A stretch of 30,276 nucleotides of DNA from Pseudomonadota bacterium (GTDB lineage Bacteria; Bdellovibrionota; JAFGOL01), in contig JAPLFT010000027.1 in NCBI GenBank assembly GCA_026390535.1, positions 1 to 30,276 on the forward strand, read 5' to 3'. Of this stretch, positions 11,178 to 20,504 are shown in pieces. The position numbers and the translations under genes were made by a program. The notes beneath the pieces are model-generated. The model was not told the DNA's origin. It did no database searches and saw nothing but the letters and a program-made list of their open reading frames with translations. How positions within the stretch are numbered: position 1 is the first letter of the stretch; the number at the start of each line of letters is the position of its first letter.

Positions 11178-11702
11178 ATGAAACAGATTCTTCTTGGTGT
11201 CTTGGTGTTTTTGGTTTGGCTTGTTATTTCAACATATTGGTATGTTTGTGGCATAAAGGATTTATGTAAAGAACTAAAACCCAAACAAATAGTATCATCA
11301 CTTCCGCAGGAAAAAATAATACCGGCAAAAATTCCTCAACAAAAGATAATTCCGGACGTAAAACTGGAGGAAAAACTCCCCACTATATATTTTATTTTTG
11401 AGATGGATTCTGTAAAAAATGTTGATGATCTTATATCTTCATCCAGGATAGCCGTAAATTATCTTGAAAAAAATAAAAACACCAAACTTTATATAACAGG
11501 CTACACAAGTGAAGCTGAGGCAAAGGATAATTATGAACTTGGATTGAGAAGAGCTAATTCTGTAAAAAAAGATATGATCACACGCGGAGTCCCTGAGGAC
11601 AGGATTATGATAACATCCAAGGGGGACGACGAACCTAATGTATCTAATGATACTCAAGAAGGAAGAATGTTTAATAGAAGAGTTGAAATGGTAGTAAAAT
11701 AA
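11178..11702 (+). CDS. Membrane-anchored OmpA-family protein
   Basis: N-terminal hydrophobic helix with WYVCGIK; C-terminal ITGYT...NYELGLRRANSVK...GVPEDRI...SKGDDEP...N...GRMFNRRVE. ATG 11178 preferred over TTG 11148. Confidence 0.85.
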   Translation: MKQILLGVLVFLVWLVISTYWYVCGIKDLCKELKPKQIVSSLPQEKIIPAKIPQQKIIPDVKLEEKLPTIYFIFEMDSVKNVDDLISSSRIAVNYLEKNKNTKLYITGYTSEAEAKDNYELGLRRANSVKKDMITRGVPEDRIMITSKGDDEPNVSNDTQEGRMFNRRVEMVVK

Positions 11703-11736
11703 TCATTCTTTCTTTGTAAACTTAGGGGGATTTGGA

Positions 11737-12801
11737 GTGGAACAGATAATTAATCTGCTTACCAAAGGCGTATCAGACAAAGCGGCGGCAACCGTTGAAA
11801 TAATATTTATGCTCACGGTGTCTTTTATTATCGGGGCTGCAATGATCTGGTTTTATCACAAGATACAGAAAATGATCTTAAATAGAAAAATTGATGAACT
11901 TAACGAGGATCTTCTTTTATATCAGGATGAATGCAAGAGATATAAAAGTGAAAAGGACAAAATTAATTTTAGTTATAAACTACTTACAGAAGATAATAAT
12001 AAATTAATGGTGGAGTATAAACTGCTAAAAAAAGAGAACGAAAAATTAAAAGAACAGATTCAAACTGAAAGGCAAAAACCGATGATGAGTATTGGGCATC
12101 ATAAAGAAGAGATAAAAAGATTAAACGCTATTAATGAGAAACTTGAAAATGAAGCGAAAGATCTAAATAAACAAATTCAGAAACTAAAAAATGATAACGA
12201 CTATGTAAAAGATCAGGAAAGAAAAATAAGAGAAGATATAATTGAAGAAAAACAAAAATATATTGAAGAAGTAAGAAGTACAAAACATGATTTTCAAATG
12301 GAGAAACAAAGATATTCCGGTGAATTAAAAGAAGCCAGGCAGAATCTTCAAAAACTGAGGGTAGAAAGAGAAAAAGTGGTGAAAGAGCTGGATCTTGCGT
12401 TGCTTAATAACCAAATACTCAAAAGCGAAAATGAAAAGATCAAATTTCAGTCAAATCAGAAAATAATTGAAACAGGCCGGAAAAAACTGGAAGCAAAAGA
12501 AGACGAATTTGAGAAAAAGAAACGATTATTACTTGATAGTATCGGGAAAGCTTCTATATCGGAAAAGGAAGATTTAAAACAAATAAGAGGTATCGGTCCG
12601 TTTATAGAGAAGAAATTGCATCAAATAGGTGTTTATACAATAAAACAGGTCGCTAATTTTAAAAAGGAAGACATAACAAGGGCCACCGACCTTATTAAAT
12701 ATTTTCCGGGAAGAATAGAAAGAGACGAATGGGTATTTCAGGCTAAAGAGTTAATGAGGGTAATGGACAAGAATCTCGAATTAATTAAAAAATTTGAATA
12801 A
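11737..12801 (+). CDS. Membrane-anchored coiled-coil protein with C-terminal helix-hairpin-helix domain
   Basis: One TM segment, long K/E/Q-rich heptad region, then EDLKQIRGIGPFIEKKLHQIGVYT...GRIERDEWVFQAKEL. Confidence 0.75.
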   Translation: MEQIINLLTKGVSDKAAATVEIIFMLTVSFIIGAAMIWFYHKIQKMILNRKIDELNEDLLLYQDECKRYKSEKDKINFSYKLLTEDNNKLMVEYKLLKKENEKLKEQIQTERQKPMMSIGHHKEEIKRLNAINEKLENEAKDLNKQIQKLKNDNDYVKDQERKIREDIIEEKQKYIEEVRSTKHDFQMEKQRYSGELKEARQNLQKLRVEREKVVKELDLALLNNQILKSENEKIKFQSNQKIIETGRKKLEAKEDEFEKKKRLLLDSIGKASISEKEDLKQIRGIGPFIEKKLHQIGVYTIKQVANFKKEDITRATDLIKYFPGRIERDEWVFQAKELMRVMDKNLELIKKFE

Positions 12802-12828
12802 TAATATATTTTTTAAAAAGGGGAAAAT

Positions 12829-13512
12829 ATGTTAAAAAGTAAAAGTTTTTATCCATTACTAGTTATTCTGTTCTTAGTATCCTGCACTAAAGAAAAAGAT
12901 TTTAAATTAAAAAAAGGTGATCTATTATTCCAGGATCTTGATTGCGGACCTGTGTGTGATGCCATAGAACTGGCTACTCCCGGCCTGGATGGTGCAAGAC
13001 TTTCACATGTGGGAGTAGTAAGCAGGGTCGAAAAAGGTAATGTATATGTTATAGAAGCATTTGTTAATGGAGTTGAAGAAGTTAGATTTAAAGATTTTAT
13101 TCTGAGGAGCTCAGACAAAAAAGGCAAACCAAAGGTTTTAGTAGGAAGGGTTAATTTAGATGAAAAATTATTGGATAAAGCTATAGAAAAAGCCAGATCT
13201 GTAATCGGGGCTAAATATGACACGGGTTTTAATTTTGATATATCTGATAATAAATATTTCTGTTCCGAACTGGTTTATGATGCTTTTAGGGATGAAAACA
13301 ATAAACCTATCTTTGAATTAAAACCAATGACCTTTAAAGAGCCTGGCACTAATAAAACAAAGGAAGTCTGGCTTCAATATTTTAGAGACATAAAGATCAA
13401 AGCGCCCGAAGGCGGAATGGGTATAAGCCCGGGTGAGATCTCAAGATCAAAATATGTTAATATAGTTCACGCCTATGGTTGTCCCGATGGATGGAGTAAG
13501 TGTAAATATTAA
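12829..13512 (+). CDS. Permuted papain-like amidase (YiiX/YebB-like NlpC/P60) lipoprotein
   Basis: Lipobox FLVSC; GDLLFQ, SHVGVV (His), VIEA, GAKYD, FCSELVY (Cys) in permuted order. Confidence 0.85.
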   Translation: MLKSKSFYPLLVILFLVSCTKEKDFKLKKGDLLFQDLDCGPVCDAIELATPGLDGARLSHVGVVSRVEKGNVYVIEAFVNGVEEVRFKDFILRSSDKKGKPKVLVGRVNLDEKLLDKAIEKARSVIGAKYDTGFNFDISDNKYFCSELVYDAFRDENNKPIFELKPMTFKEPGTNKTKEVWLQYFRDIKIKAPEGGMGISPGEISRSKYVNIVHAYGCPDGWSKCKY

Positions 13513-13585
13513 TAAATAGAACATATTGTTATGGTTTCATAGCAGGTGCATAAAAAATAGACATTTTCAATGGTGTTTGATTCTA

Positions 13586-13641
13586 TAACTATTTGTTTTT
13601 ATATGGGTTTTATAAATTTATTGCATGGTATTAATATTGCA
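13586..13641 (+). promoter_or_regulatory. Candidate sigma-54 promoter with upstream IHF-like site
   Basis: TGGTATTAATATTGCA (13626-13641) has the GG-N10-GC spacing. TAACTATTTGTTT (13586-13598) is one mismatch from the IHF consensus YAANNNNTTGATW. Confidence 0.45.
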
Positions 13642-13701
13642 TATAATTAACTACACAACCTCTTGATTAAAATGTTATATAAATAAGACAGGAGTTTTAA
13701 A

Positions 13702-14559
13702 ATGATGAGATTTATTTTATGTTTAACTTTAACCTTGGCTTTTCTACCAATATCTTTGGCAGAAGCATCAGCACCAAAACCGGCGACATGCAATACCTCC
13801 ACTATTAGTGATTTTAACGGATCACGTGATTATGTTTGCTTGAGCTATGAAAATGAGAAGTACATAGCATACATAGGTGGAGTTGATTACAATCCGCAAC
13901 ACATGTATCAACTTTTCGTGAAAAAACAAAAAATAGGAGACAAAACATGGTCCCCTGTGGGTAAAGCTTCTCCTATCGCAGAACAGACAAGAGAGGTAAG
14001 TCTTTATGTCTCTGAAGGGGTTCCATACATAGCTTTTACAATTATTAATATTAACGATGTTCAATCAAATACTTTTAAGGTTATGAAATATAATAATTCT
14101 TCCAGAGAATGGGATAATATCTCTGAATTAGAAGATCAATCTGCGGATGGTTGGTGGACCAGCAAATCTTTATTTGTAAATGATAAAGATATATATGTCG
14201 CCTATAAGAGAAGTCAGGAATCAAAGATAGCTGTATTTAGATATAATGTGGAGAATAAAGAGAAAGAATATCTCTCAAGAATTCCTGTGGGTGATGATCC
14301 ACAAGAACTTAAAAATAGTATTGATTCCGTTTACATATATTACAAAGACAAGACCATTTATGTAGGGTCTCAAACTGAAGACAACTATAGTCAGATAACT
14401 ATGGTAAGACAGTACGATCCTAATAAGAAAGAATGGTCAATTGCTAAAACAGCTGGAGAGGAAATAAAAATTATGCGTCCTCTTCATGCACCAAAAAGAC
14501 CTAAGACATACGATTATCAGGATTGGATAAAATTATTTAAAATAGCTGAACTTATTTAA
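13702..14559 (+). CDS. Secreted hypothetical protein, probably a partial beta-propeller
   Basis: GGAG RBS and signal peptide. Recurrent beta-hairpins: VSLYVSEGVPYIAF, SLFVNDKDIYVAY, VYIYYKDKTIYVG. Confidence 0.6.
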   Translation: MMRFILCLTLTLAFLPISLAEASAPKPATCNTSTISDFNGSRDYVCLSYENEKYIAYIGGVDYNPQHMYQLFVKKQKIGDKTWSPVGKASPIAEQTREVSLYVSEGVPYIAFTIININDVQSNTFKVMKYNNSSREWDNISELEDQSADGWWTSKSLFVNDKDIYVAYKRSQESKIAVFRYNVENKEKEYLSRIPVGDDPQELKNSIDSVYIYYKDKTIYVGSQTEDNYSQITMVRQYDPNKKEWSIAKTAGEEIKIMRPLHAPKRPKTYDYQDWIKLFKIAELI

Positions 14560-14593
14560 ATAAAAAATCATAGCGGATAGCGATTACTATTAA

Positions 14594-15154
14594 TTAGTCA
14601 AACAGTTTTGTCCAATCTGATGGACAGGTCGATATATCCGAGTGCGCTGATAAAAACCTTTTTATGTAACCATAAATATCTGAACCACCAGTACAGAGAT
14701 AATTACCTGCATTAGAAGGTTTGTTCCTATAGATAACTGGTACTGTCGCGTTTACTGTAACATTGCTCTTGCCGTAATCAACATCCTCAACCCAGGTGTC
14801 CTTCTCATATGTGCAATATTTTGAGCTGGTTAAATATCCGTCTAATGTGCTTGATTGAGATGCTGTAAGGATTAAATTTAATTCACAGGAAGCAGTATTG
14901 CCAAAATGGCTAAAAGAGGCTGTTCCTGAGTAAACACCATTAAGCTTGTTAAGAATTACATTGCCTGTTGTACCAGAAGTCGGTTTGGTCATGTTCGAAA
15001 TAGTGGTTGTTGCTACAATGCCAAGGTTAAACTCCAAGCTAGTGATTGTTGCAGGTAAAGAAGATTGACTATCTCCACCACCACTACTACTGCTGCCAAG
15101 GCAAGCAAATAGAAACAAAGAGCAGCATACCAATAAGAGTTGTGTGTATTTCAT
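14594..15154 (-). CDS. Hypothetical lipoprotein
   Basis: AGGAGG RBS, lipobox LFAC, S/G-rich tether (GSSSSGGGDSQSS), T-rich beta domain with several Cys. Confidence 0.7.
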   Translation of the reverse strand: MKYTQLLLVCCSLFLFACLGSSSSGGGDSQSSLPATITSLEFNLGIVATTTISNMTKPTSGTTGNVILNKLNGVYSGTASFSHFGNTASCELNLILTASQSSTLDGYLTSSKYCTYEKDTWVEDVDYGKSNVTVNATVPVIYRNKPSNAGNYLCTGGSDIYGYIKRFLSAHSDISTCPSDWTKLFD

Positions 15155-15171
15155 GTTACCTCCTACTATAT

Positions 15172-16282
15172 TTAAAGCTCAAGCTTCCTGGCTTTTCTCG
15201 CAACCTCATTTACACTTTCTGGGTCCGGTAATTCTTTATCTTTGGCGCTGGAAACACCCATCTCTTTAAGTTTTCTTGCAGAAACGTACACACGGCTTTC
15301 CAATGATGATAGTGTATCGTTATATTTTTTTACTGCGGAATTTAATTCATTACCCAATCCCTCAAAATGTTCACCCATACTACAGAGTCTTTCATATAGT
15401 TCACTGCCCAGTATTGCAATCTTATTGGCATTTTCTTCCAGCGTCTCTTGTTTCCATCCATAAGCTACGGCTTTAAGCAAGCTCTATTAGTGTAGGGTCA
15501 TAATCCAGAGCAGAACTAAAGAGATTCTCTCCCGGTAAGAACAGCACAACAAAATCCGGAGAATGTTCAAACTGGTTCCAATATTCCTTCTTTTTCAGCT
15601 CGTCTATTCTTGCCCTTACCTGAACGGCATGATGTTTTAGTTTTGCTTCCTGAGCAACAGGATCAGATTCAGATATAGCGTCCAGATAAGAATCCAGCGG
15701 TACCTTGGAATCTACGACTATCTGCCTGCCGGACGGAAGTTTTATAACCATATCAGGGCGTAGTCTGTTATCTTTATCATCTGTAACGGTTTGCTGAAGC
15801 TCAAAATCACAGAATTCCTGCATACCGGCAAGCTCCACTACTCTTTTAAGTTGAAGCTCTCCCCATCGTCCACGGACATGGGGTCTTCTTAAAGCTGTTA
15901 CAAGATTTCCCGTCTCTTTTTTCAGGTTATCACCCAAGGCAAACAATTTGGTTATTTCATTTTTAAGAACATCCTGAGTACCTTTTCTCTCTTTTTCTAT
16001 GTCATTTATCTTTAGATCCAGTTTTTCCAAAACTTCTTTTAATGGTTTTACAAGGTGATCTATCGCTGTCTGGCGTTTTTCCAGTTCACTTGTAGCTATG
16101 CCCATAAAATTTTCATTATTGGATTTTAGCGCATCGGAAGACAAGGCCTTAAATGTATTCTTTAAACTTTCTTCCGCGCTGCTTATATATTTTAATTTAT
16201 CGGTCAGGGATTTTGTTTTTTCTCTATATACAAGATAGACAAAACCGGCGCCGATAATGATACCAATTAACAAATAAACCAT
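15172..16282 (-). pseudogene. rmuC: DNA recombination protein RmuC, frameshifted at ~15478
   Basis: RGRWGELQLKRVVELAGM, LRPDMVIKLP, IVVDSKVPL, DFVVLFLPGE, then a second frame with LLKAVAYGWKQE and SLESRVYVSARKL. The conserved VIIATPTTL-type segment is absent at the junction. Confidence 0.9.
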
Positions 16283-16299
16283 AATTACCTCTGTTTATA

Positions 16300-17493
16300 T
16301 TATACCACGTATATAAGCATGCTTTTAAGATAGTCCAACTCAGGATGATAGATGTTTATCGGATGATCGGGTGTAAGACGGTGTTTACTTGCTATCTTTA
16401 TATTTCTTCCAGCATCTTTTGCAGCTTTGGCGATGATCCTTTCAAAAGTCAGCTCGTCTATGTGGTAGGAACAGGAACAGGTTAGTAACATGCTGTGACC
16501 GGGCATTTTAGAGAACGCAGTCTTGTTTATTTCGTAATATGCTTTCTTGGCGTTATCCAGATCACTCTTCTTTTTTGCAAATGCAGGCGGATCCAGGATT
16601 ATAAGATCGTAATCCAAAGATTCTTTTCTCAGGAAATCAAAGACATCCTCAGATATAGCCGGATTCTTTTCATTGTTAAATTTATTTAATTCAAAATTTA
16701 TCTTTACAGCCTCTATTGCATCCTTAGAAATATCTACGGATGTAACAGATTTTGCTCCGCCTTTTAGTGCATAAAGAGAAAATGCACCGGTATAACAAAA
16801 GCAGTTTAGAACTCTTTTTTTATTAGAGATGTCCATCACAAGGCGTCTCATTTCTCTCATATCCATAAAAAGGCCGGTCTTTTGACCGTTAATAAAATCT
16901 ACGTCGAATTTTATCCCGTTCTCTAATACTTCTACATGCCCCTTTTCCTGTATGAGATCCTTCTCCTGCCCAAATAAAAAGCCCCTAACGTTTTGTAGTC
17001 CTTCTCTTTTTCTGGAGGATATATCCGACCTTTCGTAGATAGATGAAATTTTATCTTTATAAAAATCTTTTAAGATCGTTAAAACTTCTTGTTTTAATTT
17101 TTCTATTCCCCATGTTGATATCTGAACCACCAATACGTCATTGTATTTGTCCACAATAAGACCGGGAACCGCATCGCCTTCTCCGTTTATAAGCCTGAAA
17201 CAGTTTGTGCTCTTGTCAAAAAAACCTTCTCTAAATTTTATGGCTTCCAATATGTTCTGTTTTAAAGACTCAACGGGATCTGAATCATCAAAATTTATCA
17301 TTCTTCCTGCGATGTCTGTGGTTTTGTTAAAATAGGCATGCCCTAGGAAGTGATTATCAAAACTATACACAGCAAGGATTTCACCGTTTTCATAATCGGG
17401 AATGTTTTCAACAGCACCGGAAAATATCCAGTGATGATGGTTCTTTACAGGCACTTCTCGGCCTTTCTTTAGTATTACTTTTTTATATGACAT
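16300..17493 (-). CDS. rlmI: 23S rRNA m5C1962-type methyltransferase (PUA + class I MTase)
   Basis: HHWIFSG, RLINGEGDAVPGLIVDKY, GQKTGLFMDMR, VLNCFCYTGAFS, DLIILDPPAF, TCSCS, YLK. ATG 17493 preferred. Confidence 0.88.
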   Translation of the reverse strand: MSYKKVILKKGREVPVKNHHHWIFSGAVENIPDYENGEILAVYSFDNHFLGHAYFNKTTDIAGRMINFDDSDPVESLKQNILEAIKFREGFFDKSTNCFRLINGEGDAVPGLIVDKYNDVLVVQISTWGIEKLKQEVLTILKDFYKDKISSIYERSDISSRKREGLQNVRGFLFGQEKDLIQEKGHVEVLENGIKFDVDFINGQKTGLFMDMREMRRLVMDISNKKRVLNCFCYTGAFSLYALKGGAKSVTSVDISKDAIEAVKINFELNKFNNEKNPAISEDVFDFLRKESLDYDLIILDPPAFAKKKSDLDNAKKAYYEINKTAFSKMPGHSMLLTCSCSYHIDELTFERIIAKAAKDAGRNIKIASKHRLTPDHPINIYHPELDYLKSMLIYVV

Positions 17494-17562
17494 AGGGGTG
17501 TACTCTAACAAAGTCTTTGCTTTTGTTAAGAAGAAACTTATAAAGATATTGTGGAGGCTAAA

Positions 17563-18452
17563 ATGGCACCCAAATACAAGCTTTTTATTCTGGTTTTATT
17601 GATAATAATGATCCCCTCAAAGGGCTTCTCATGGGGAGAGAATGGACACAGAATAGTGGCCGCTATGGCTGAAAAGCGGCTTTCTCCCATTGCCAAAAAG
17701 GCAGTCAAACAAATTCTTGGACAAGAATCCATGCCGCAAGCCAGTACCTGGATGGATCTTATAAAAGCTGCCCCCAACTGGGATTTTTCCAAGACATATC
17801 ATTATGTGAATATACAGGATGGGCAGGATTATTGGACATCAAATAAGAATCCACAGGGGGACACAGTAAAATCTATTATTTATTATTAGGACGTATTAAG
17901 GGATAAATGAGTTTCAAAACAGGATAAAAAATCGGCACTTAGATTCTTAATCCATTCTTAATCCATTTAATAGGAGATATTCATCAGCCTCTTCATGTCG
18001 GCAAATCGGAAGATGCCGGTGGACATAAAATTAATCTTAAATGGTTCGATAAAAACACCAATCTTCATAAGGTTTGGGATGAAAATCTTATAGAGTTTCA
18101 AAAACTGAGTTATACGGAATATACCGCTTTTATAGATCATATTAACAGCGCAGATGCAAAAAAATGGGAAAAATCCAGCATCATAGATTGGGTAAATGAA
18201 GGTATGCAGGAAAGAGAAAAAATATATGCCGGGCTTAAAGATGAAAACGGTAAAAAAACATACAACCTGGGTCATAAGTACAACTTTGATAATATAGAGG
18301 TATTGAATAACAGGTTAAGACGGGCCGGAGTGAGATTGGCCGCTTTTTTGAACAATATATTTGATAACAGGAAAAACATTGACTCAGATAAAATTAGAGA
18401 GAAACTAGGAGCTGAGCCTGGATACGGACTTAAGGGAGGTCAGGGTGATTAA
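17563..18452 (+). pseudogene. Secreted S1/P1 nuclease, disrupted by TAG (17887), TGA (17908) and an 11-bp duplication
   Basis: GGAGG RBS, signal peptide then WGENGH, STWMD, HYVN. Removing the duplication restores ALRFLIHLIGDIHQPLH, NLHKVWD and the RLRRAGVRLA C-terminus. Confidence 0.92.
17944..17965 (+). repeat. Perfect 11-bp tandem duplication TTCTTAATCCA x2
   Basis: Directly readable. The 11-nt gain exactly accounts for the frame change in the nuclease gene. Confidence 0.95.
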
Positions 18453-18759
18453 GCTTTTTTTAATTATTTTGGTTTTCTCTTTATCTTTTGCTTTTGTATA
18501 TGCAGAGGATAAGGCTGATATGAGGGACATGTCCGTTGCCTGCGCAGTAATAAATGGGAAATTAAATAATGGGCCGGAATGCGTTAGACTCCAAAAAAAA
18601 TTAGTAGAAGATCAGTGCAAAAAGGGTGATCCTAATTCATGTAAAGCACTGAACGTGGCAAAGGATGGCGTGGATAAAAACGCCATTGAAACCAAGGCTG
18701 ACGTAGAGAAGGAAACTAATACTAAAAAAACTAATATAAAAAAGTATAAAACGACTTAA
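18445..18759 (+). CDS. Small secreted Cys-containing hypothetical protein
   Basis: GGAGGT RBS, GTG start, signal peptide, four Cys, K-rich tail. Overlaps the nuclease stop. Confidence 0.6.
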   Translation: MIKLFLIILVFSLSFAFVYAEDKADMRDMSVACAVINGKLNNGPECVRLQKKLVEDQCKKGDPNSCKALNVAKDGVDKNAIETKADVEKETNTKKTNIKKYKTT

Positions 18760-18763
18760 ATTT

Positions 18764-19150
18764 TTACTTGTTCATGGACCCTATGACTAAACCGGCAATA
18801 CTGAATTCCACAAAACAACTTACTATCCATGCAGCCGTTATATGGGCCGTAACAGGCATCATCGCGTAAATACCAAGCCCAAGACCGAAACCATAACCCA
18901 GACCATACAATATTCCGAGTTTTAACCCGGACCAAACCCCTTTCTTGGCGAACAGATTGTAGATTGAAACCAGTACTATGCTGTGTATGATATTTGCAAG
19001 ATAAACAAGAGACAGATTCATTTCTGCCCCCGGTCTTAAAATGGTTACTATCTGTTTATACGCATTGGCCATGATCATCGTGTTGATAACAAAGTCCATT
19101 ATGCAGAGCAGAAAGAAAACGATTAGAACAGGAACCACGAATTTTTTCAT
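18764..19150 (-). CDS. Small integral membrane protein (about four TM helices)
   Basis: GGGAGG RBS; hydrophobic segments; G-rich GLKLGILYGLGYGFG motif. Confidence 0.7.
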   Translation of the reverse strand: MKKFVVPVLIVFFLLCIMDFVINTMIMANAYKQIVTILRPGAEMNLSLVYLANIIHSIVLVSIYNLFAKKGVWSGLKLGILYGLGYGFGLGLGIYAMMPVTAHITAAWIVSCFVEFSIAGLVIGSMNK

Positions 19151-19171
19151 TATTACCTCCCTTGTTTAAAA

Positions 19172-20422
19172 CTATTGATTAATTCCATGTAGTATTGTTT
19201 CAGCATCTTTTATTCCCTGGTTTTTGCTTTTAATTGTTTTTAATTTGGATAATATTTTTTCTCTGTAAGCCTCTGCCTGAGGAAATTCCTCGTTTGTCCA
19301 AAAACGATTCTCCTTACTAAAAAAACCGATTTCATTAAGAAACGCCACGCCAAAATAATATGAATCACCCAGAGTTTCCTCCGAATATTTAAAAGAACCG
19401 TCTCCCTGAATGGATTTACCAAGACACCAGTCGAGCATCTTTTTTATTTCCGAACGGGCTTCTTCTTTTTGTTTTTCATCAAGATATTCCCAGCCGTAAT
19501 GAAGCAGACGAACCACATCATAATTATTATGATTGGATATTATAATCATTTTACCGTCAATATCATTCCATCCGTATGGATAAGGCTTGTCTTTTATCTC
19601 CAGTATCGTCGCTACAATCTTTTTCCATAACTTTATTTTGTCTTTTCTGTAACTGATAATATGGAAAGTAATGCTTAGATCATCCGTTTTGATTATCCTA
19701 TTACCGTCCTTGTACCATGCTCCCCAAAAACCTGTCCTTGGATTTTGCCATTTTTCATCCATAAATTTAATAAATGTTTGTTTAAGTTTTGGGTGATAAT
19801 AATAGTTTTTTGGTTTGTCTCTTAATATTAACTTTAGAAGGGTAGTAACACCCTCGTTAAGTTCTTTTCTCTTATCAATCAGTTTCCTTTGAAAATCCGA
19901 TATCAAAAGATTATTCAGATACACAAGGAGTTTTTCCGGACTGTTTATCCTGTCTAAAAATTTTGTCTGGTACATTGGAAGTTCGCCCTTATCTGAGAGC
20001 GTGGATATTGCTTCCTCTGATTCTACGACTTTCCAGAACCACTCTCTGCAGCAAACGCCCCAACTGCCGTCTTTAGGAGATTGTTCGTTAGCAAAGGATT
20101 GTATTCTCATAGCTGATAAACTCTTTTCTAGATAAGGGAGCATCCTGTCAACTTTGTAAAAATCTGCCGTATAGTGCAAATACCAGGAGACTTCTTCTAA
20201 AATTTGCCTGGAACACGGCATCTCCTGCTTAGCTTCCTCCAGGAACAGTTTCTGATTTAACTCTCTCAGTTTTAATTCACGTTTTGCTCTGTTAGAACTG
20301 TAATTAGGGACTTCTTTTTCAAAAGCGCGACTGGCTTTATATATGGGATGTTTTTCAATTTGGGATAGCAAAACTGCGGGAAAAATAGATAACAATACTA
20401 ACAAATTGATCCGCTTCAGCAT
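19172..20422 (-). CDS. Secreted hypothetical helical protein with QW-like motifs
   Basis: Signal peptide; QSPKDGSWG, QNPRTGFWG and IQGDGSF resemble prenyltransferase/cyclase alpha-alpha toroid repeats. Confidence 0.6.
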   Translation of the reverse strand: MLKRINLLVLLSIFPAVLLSQIEKHPIYKASRAFEKEVPNYSSNRAKRELKLRELNQKLFLEEAKQEMPCSRQILEEVSWYLHYTADFYKVDRMLPYLEKSLSAMRIQSFANEQSPKDGSWGVCCREWFWKVVESEEAISTLSDKGELPMYQTKFLDRINSPEKLLVYLNNLLISDFQRKLIDKRKELNEGVTTLLKLILRDKPKNYYYHPKLKQTFIKFMDEKWQNPRTGFWGAWYKDGNRIIKTDDLSITFHIISYRKDKIKLWKKIVATILEIKDKPYPYGWNDIDGKMIIISNHNNYDVVRLLHYGWEYLDEKQKEEARSEIKKMLDWCLGKSIQGDGSFKYSEETLGDSYYFGVAFLNEIGFFSKENRFWTNEEFPQAEAYREKILSKLKTIKSKNQGIKDAETILHGINQ

Positions 20423-20478
20423 GGCGTTAGTTTACCATACCTGAAGTGATTTAAAAGCCGGTAGTAATATTTCTATCC

Positions 20479-20503
20479 AAAAGGATCAAAATTGGGTCCT
20501 TTT
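20479..20503 (-). terminator. Probable intrinsic terminator after the nitroreductase
   Basis: AAAAGGATC (20479-20487) pairs with GGTCCTTTT (20495-20503), immediately after the stop at 20505. Confidence 0.5.
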
Positions 20504-20504
20504 A

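Noticed and set aside
7103-17910. Alternative genetic code or stop-codon readthrough explaining the in-frame stops
   Set aside because: The internal stops are TAA, TAG and TGA, one each. All three also end intact genes here, and the long genes have no internal stops.
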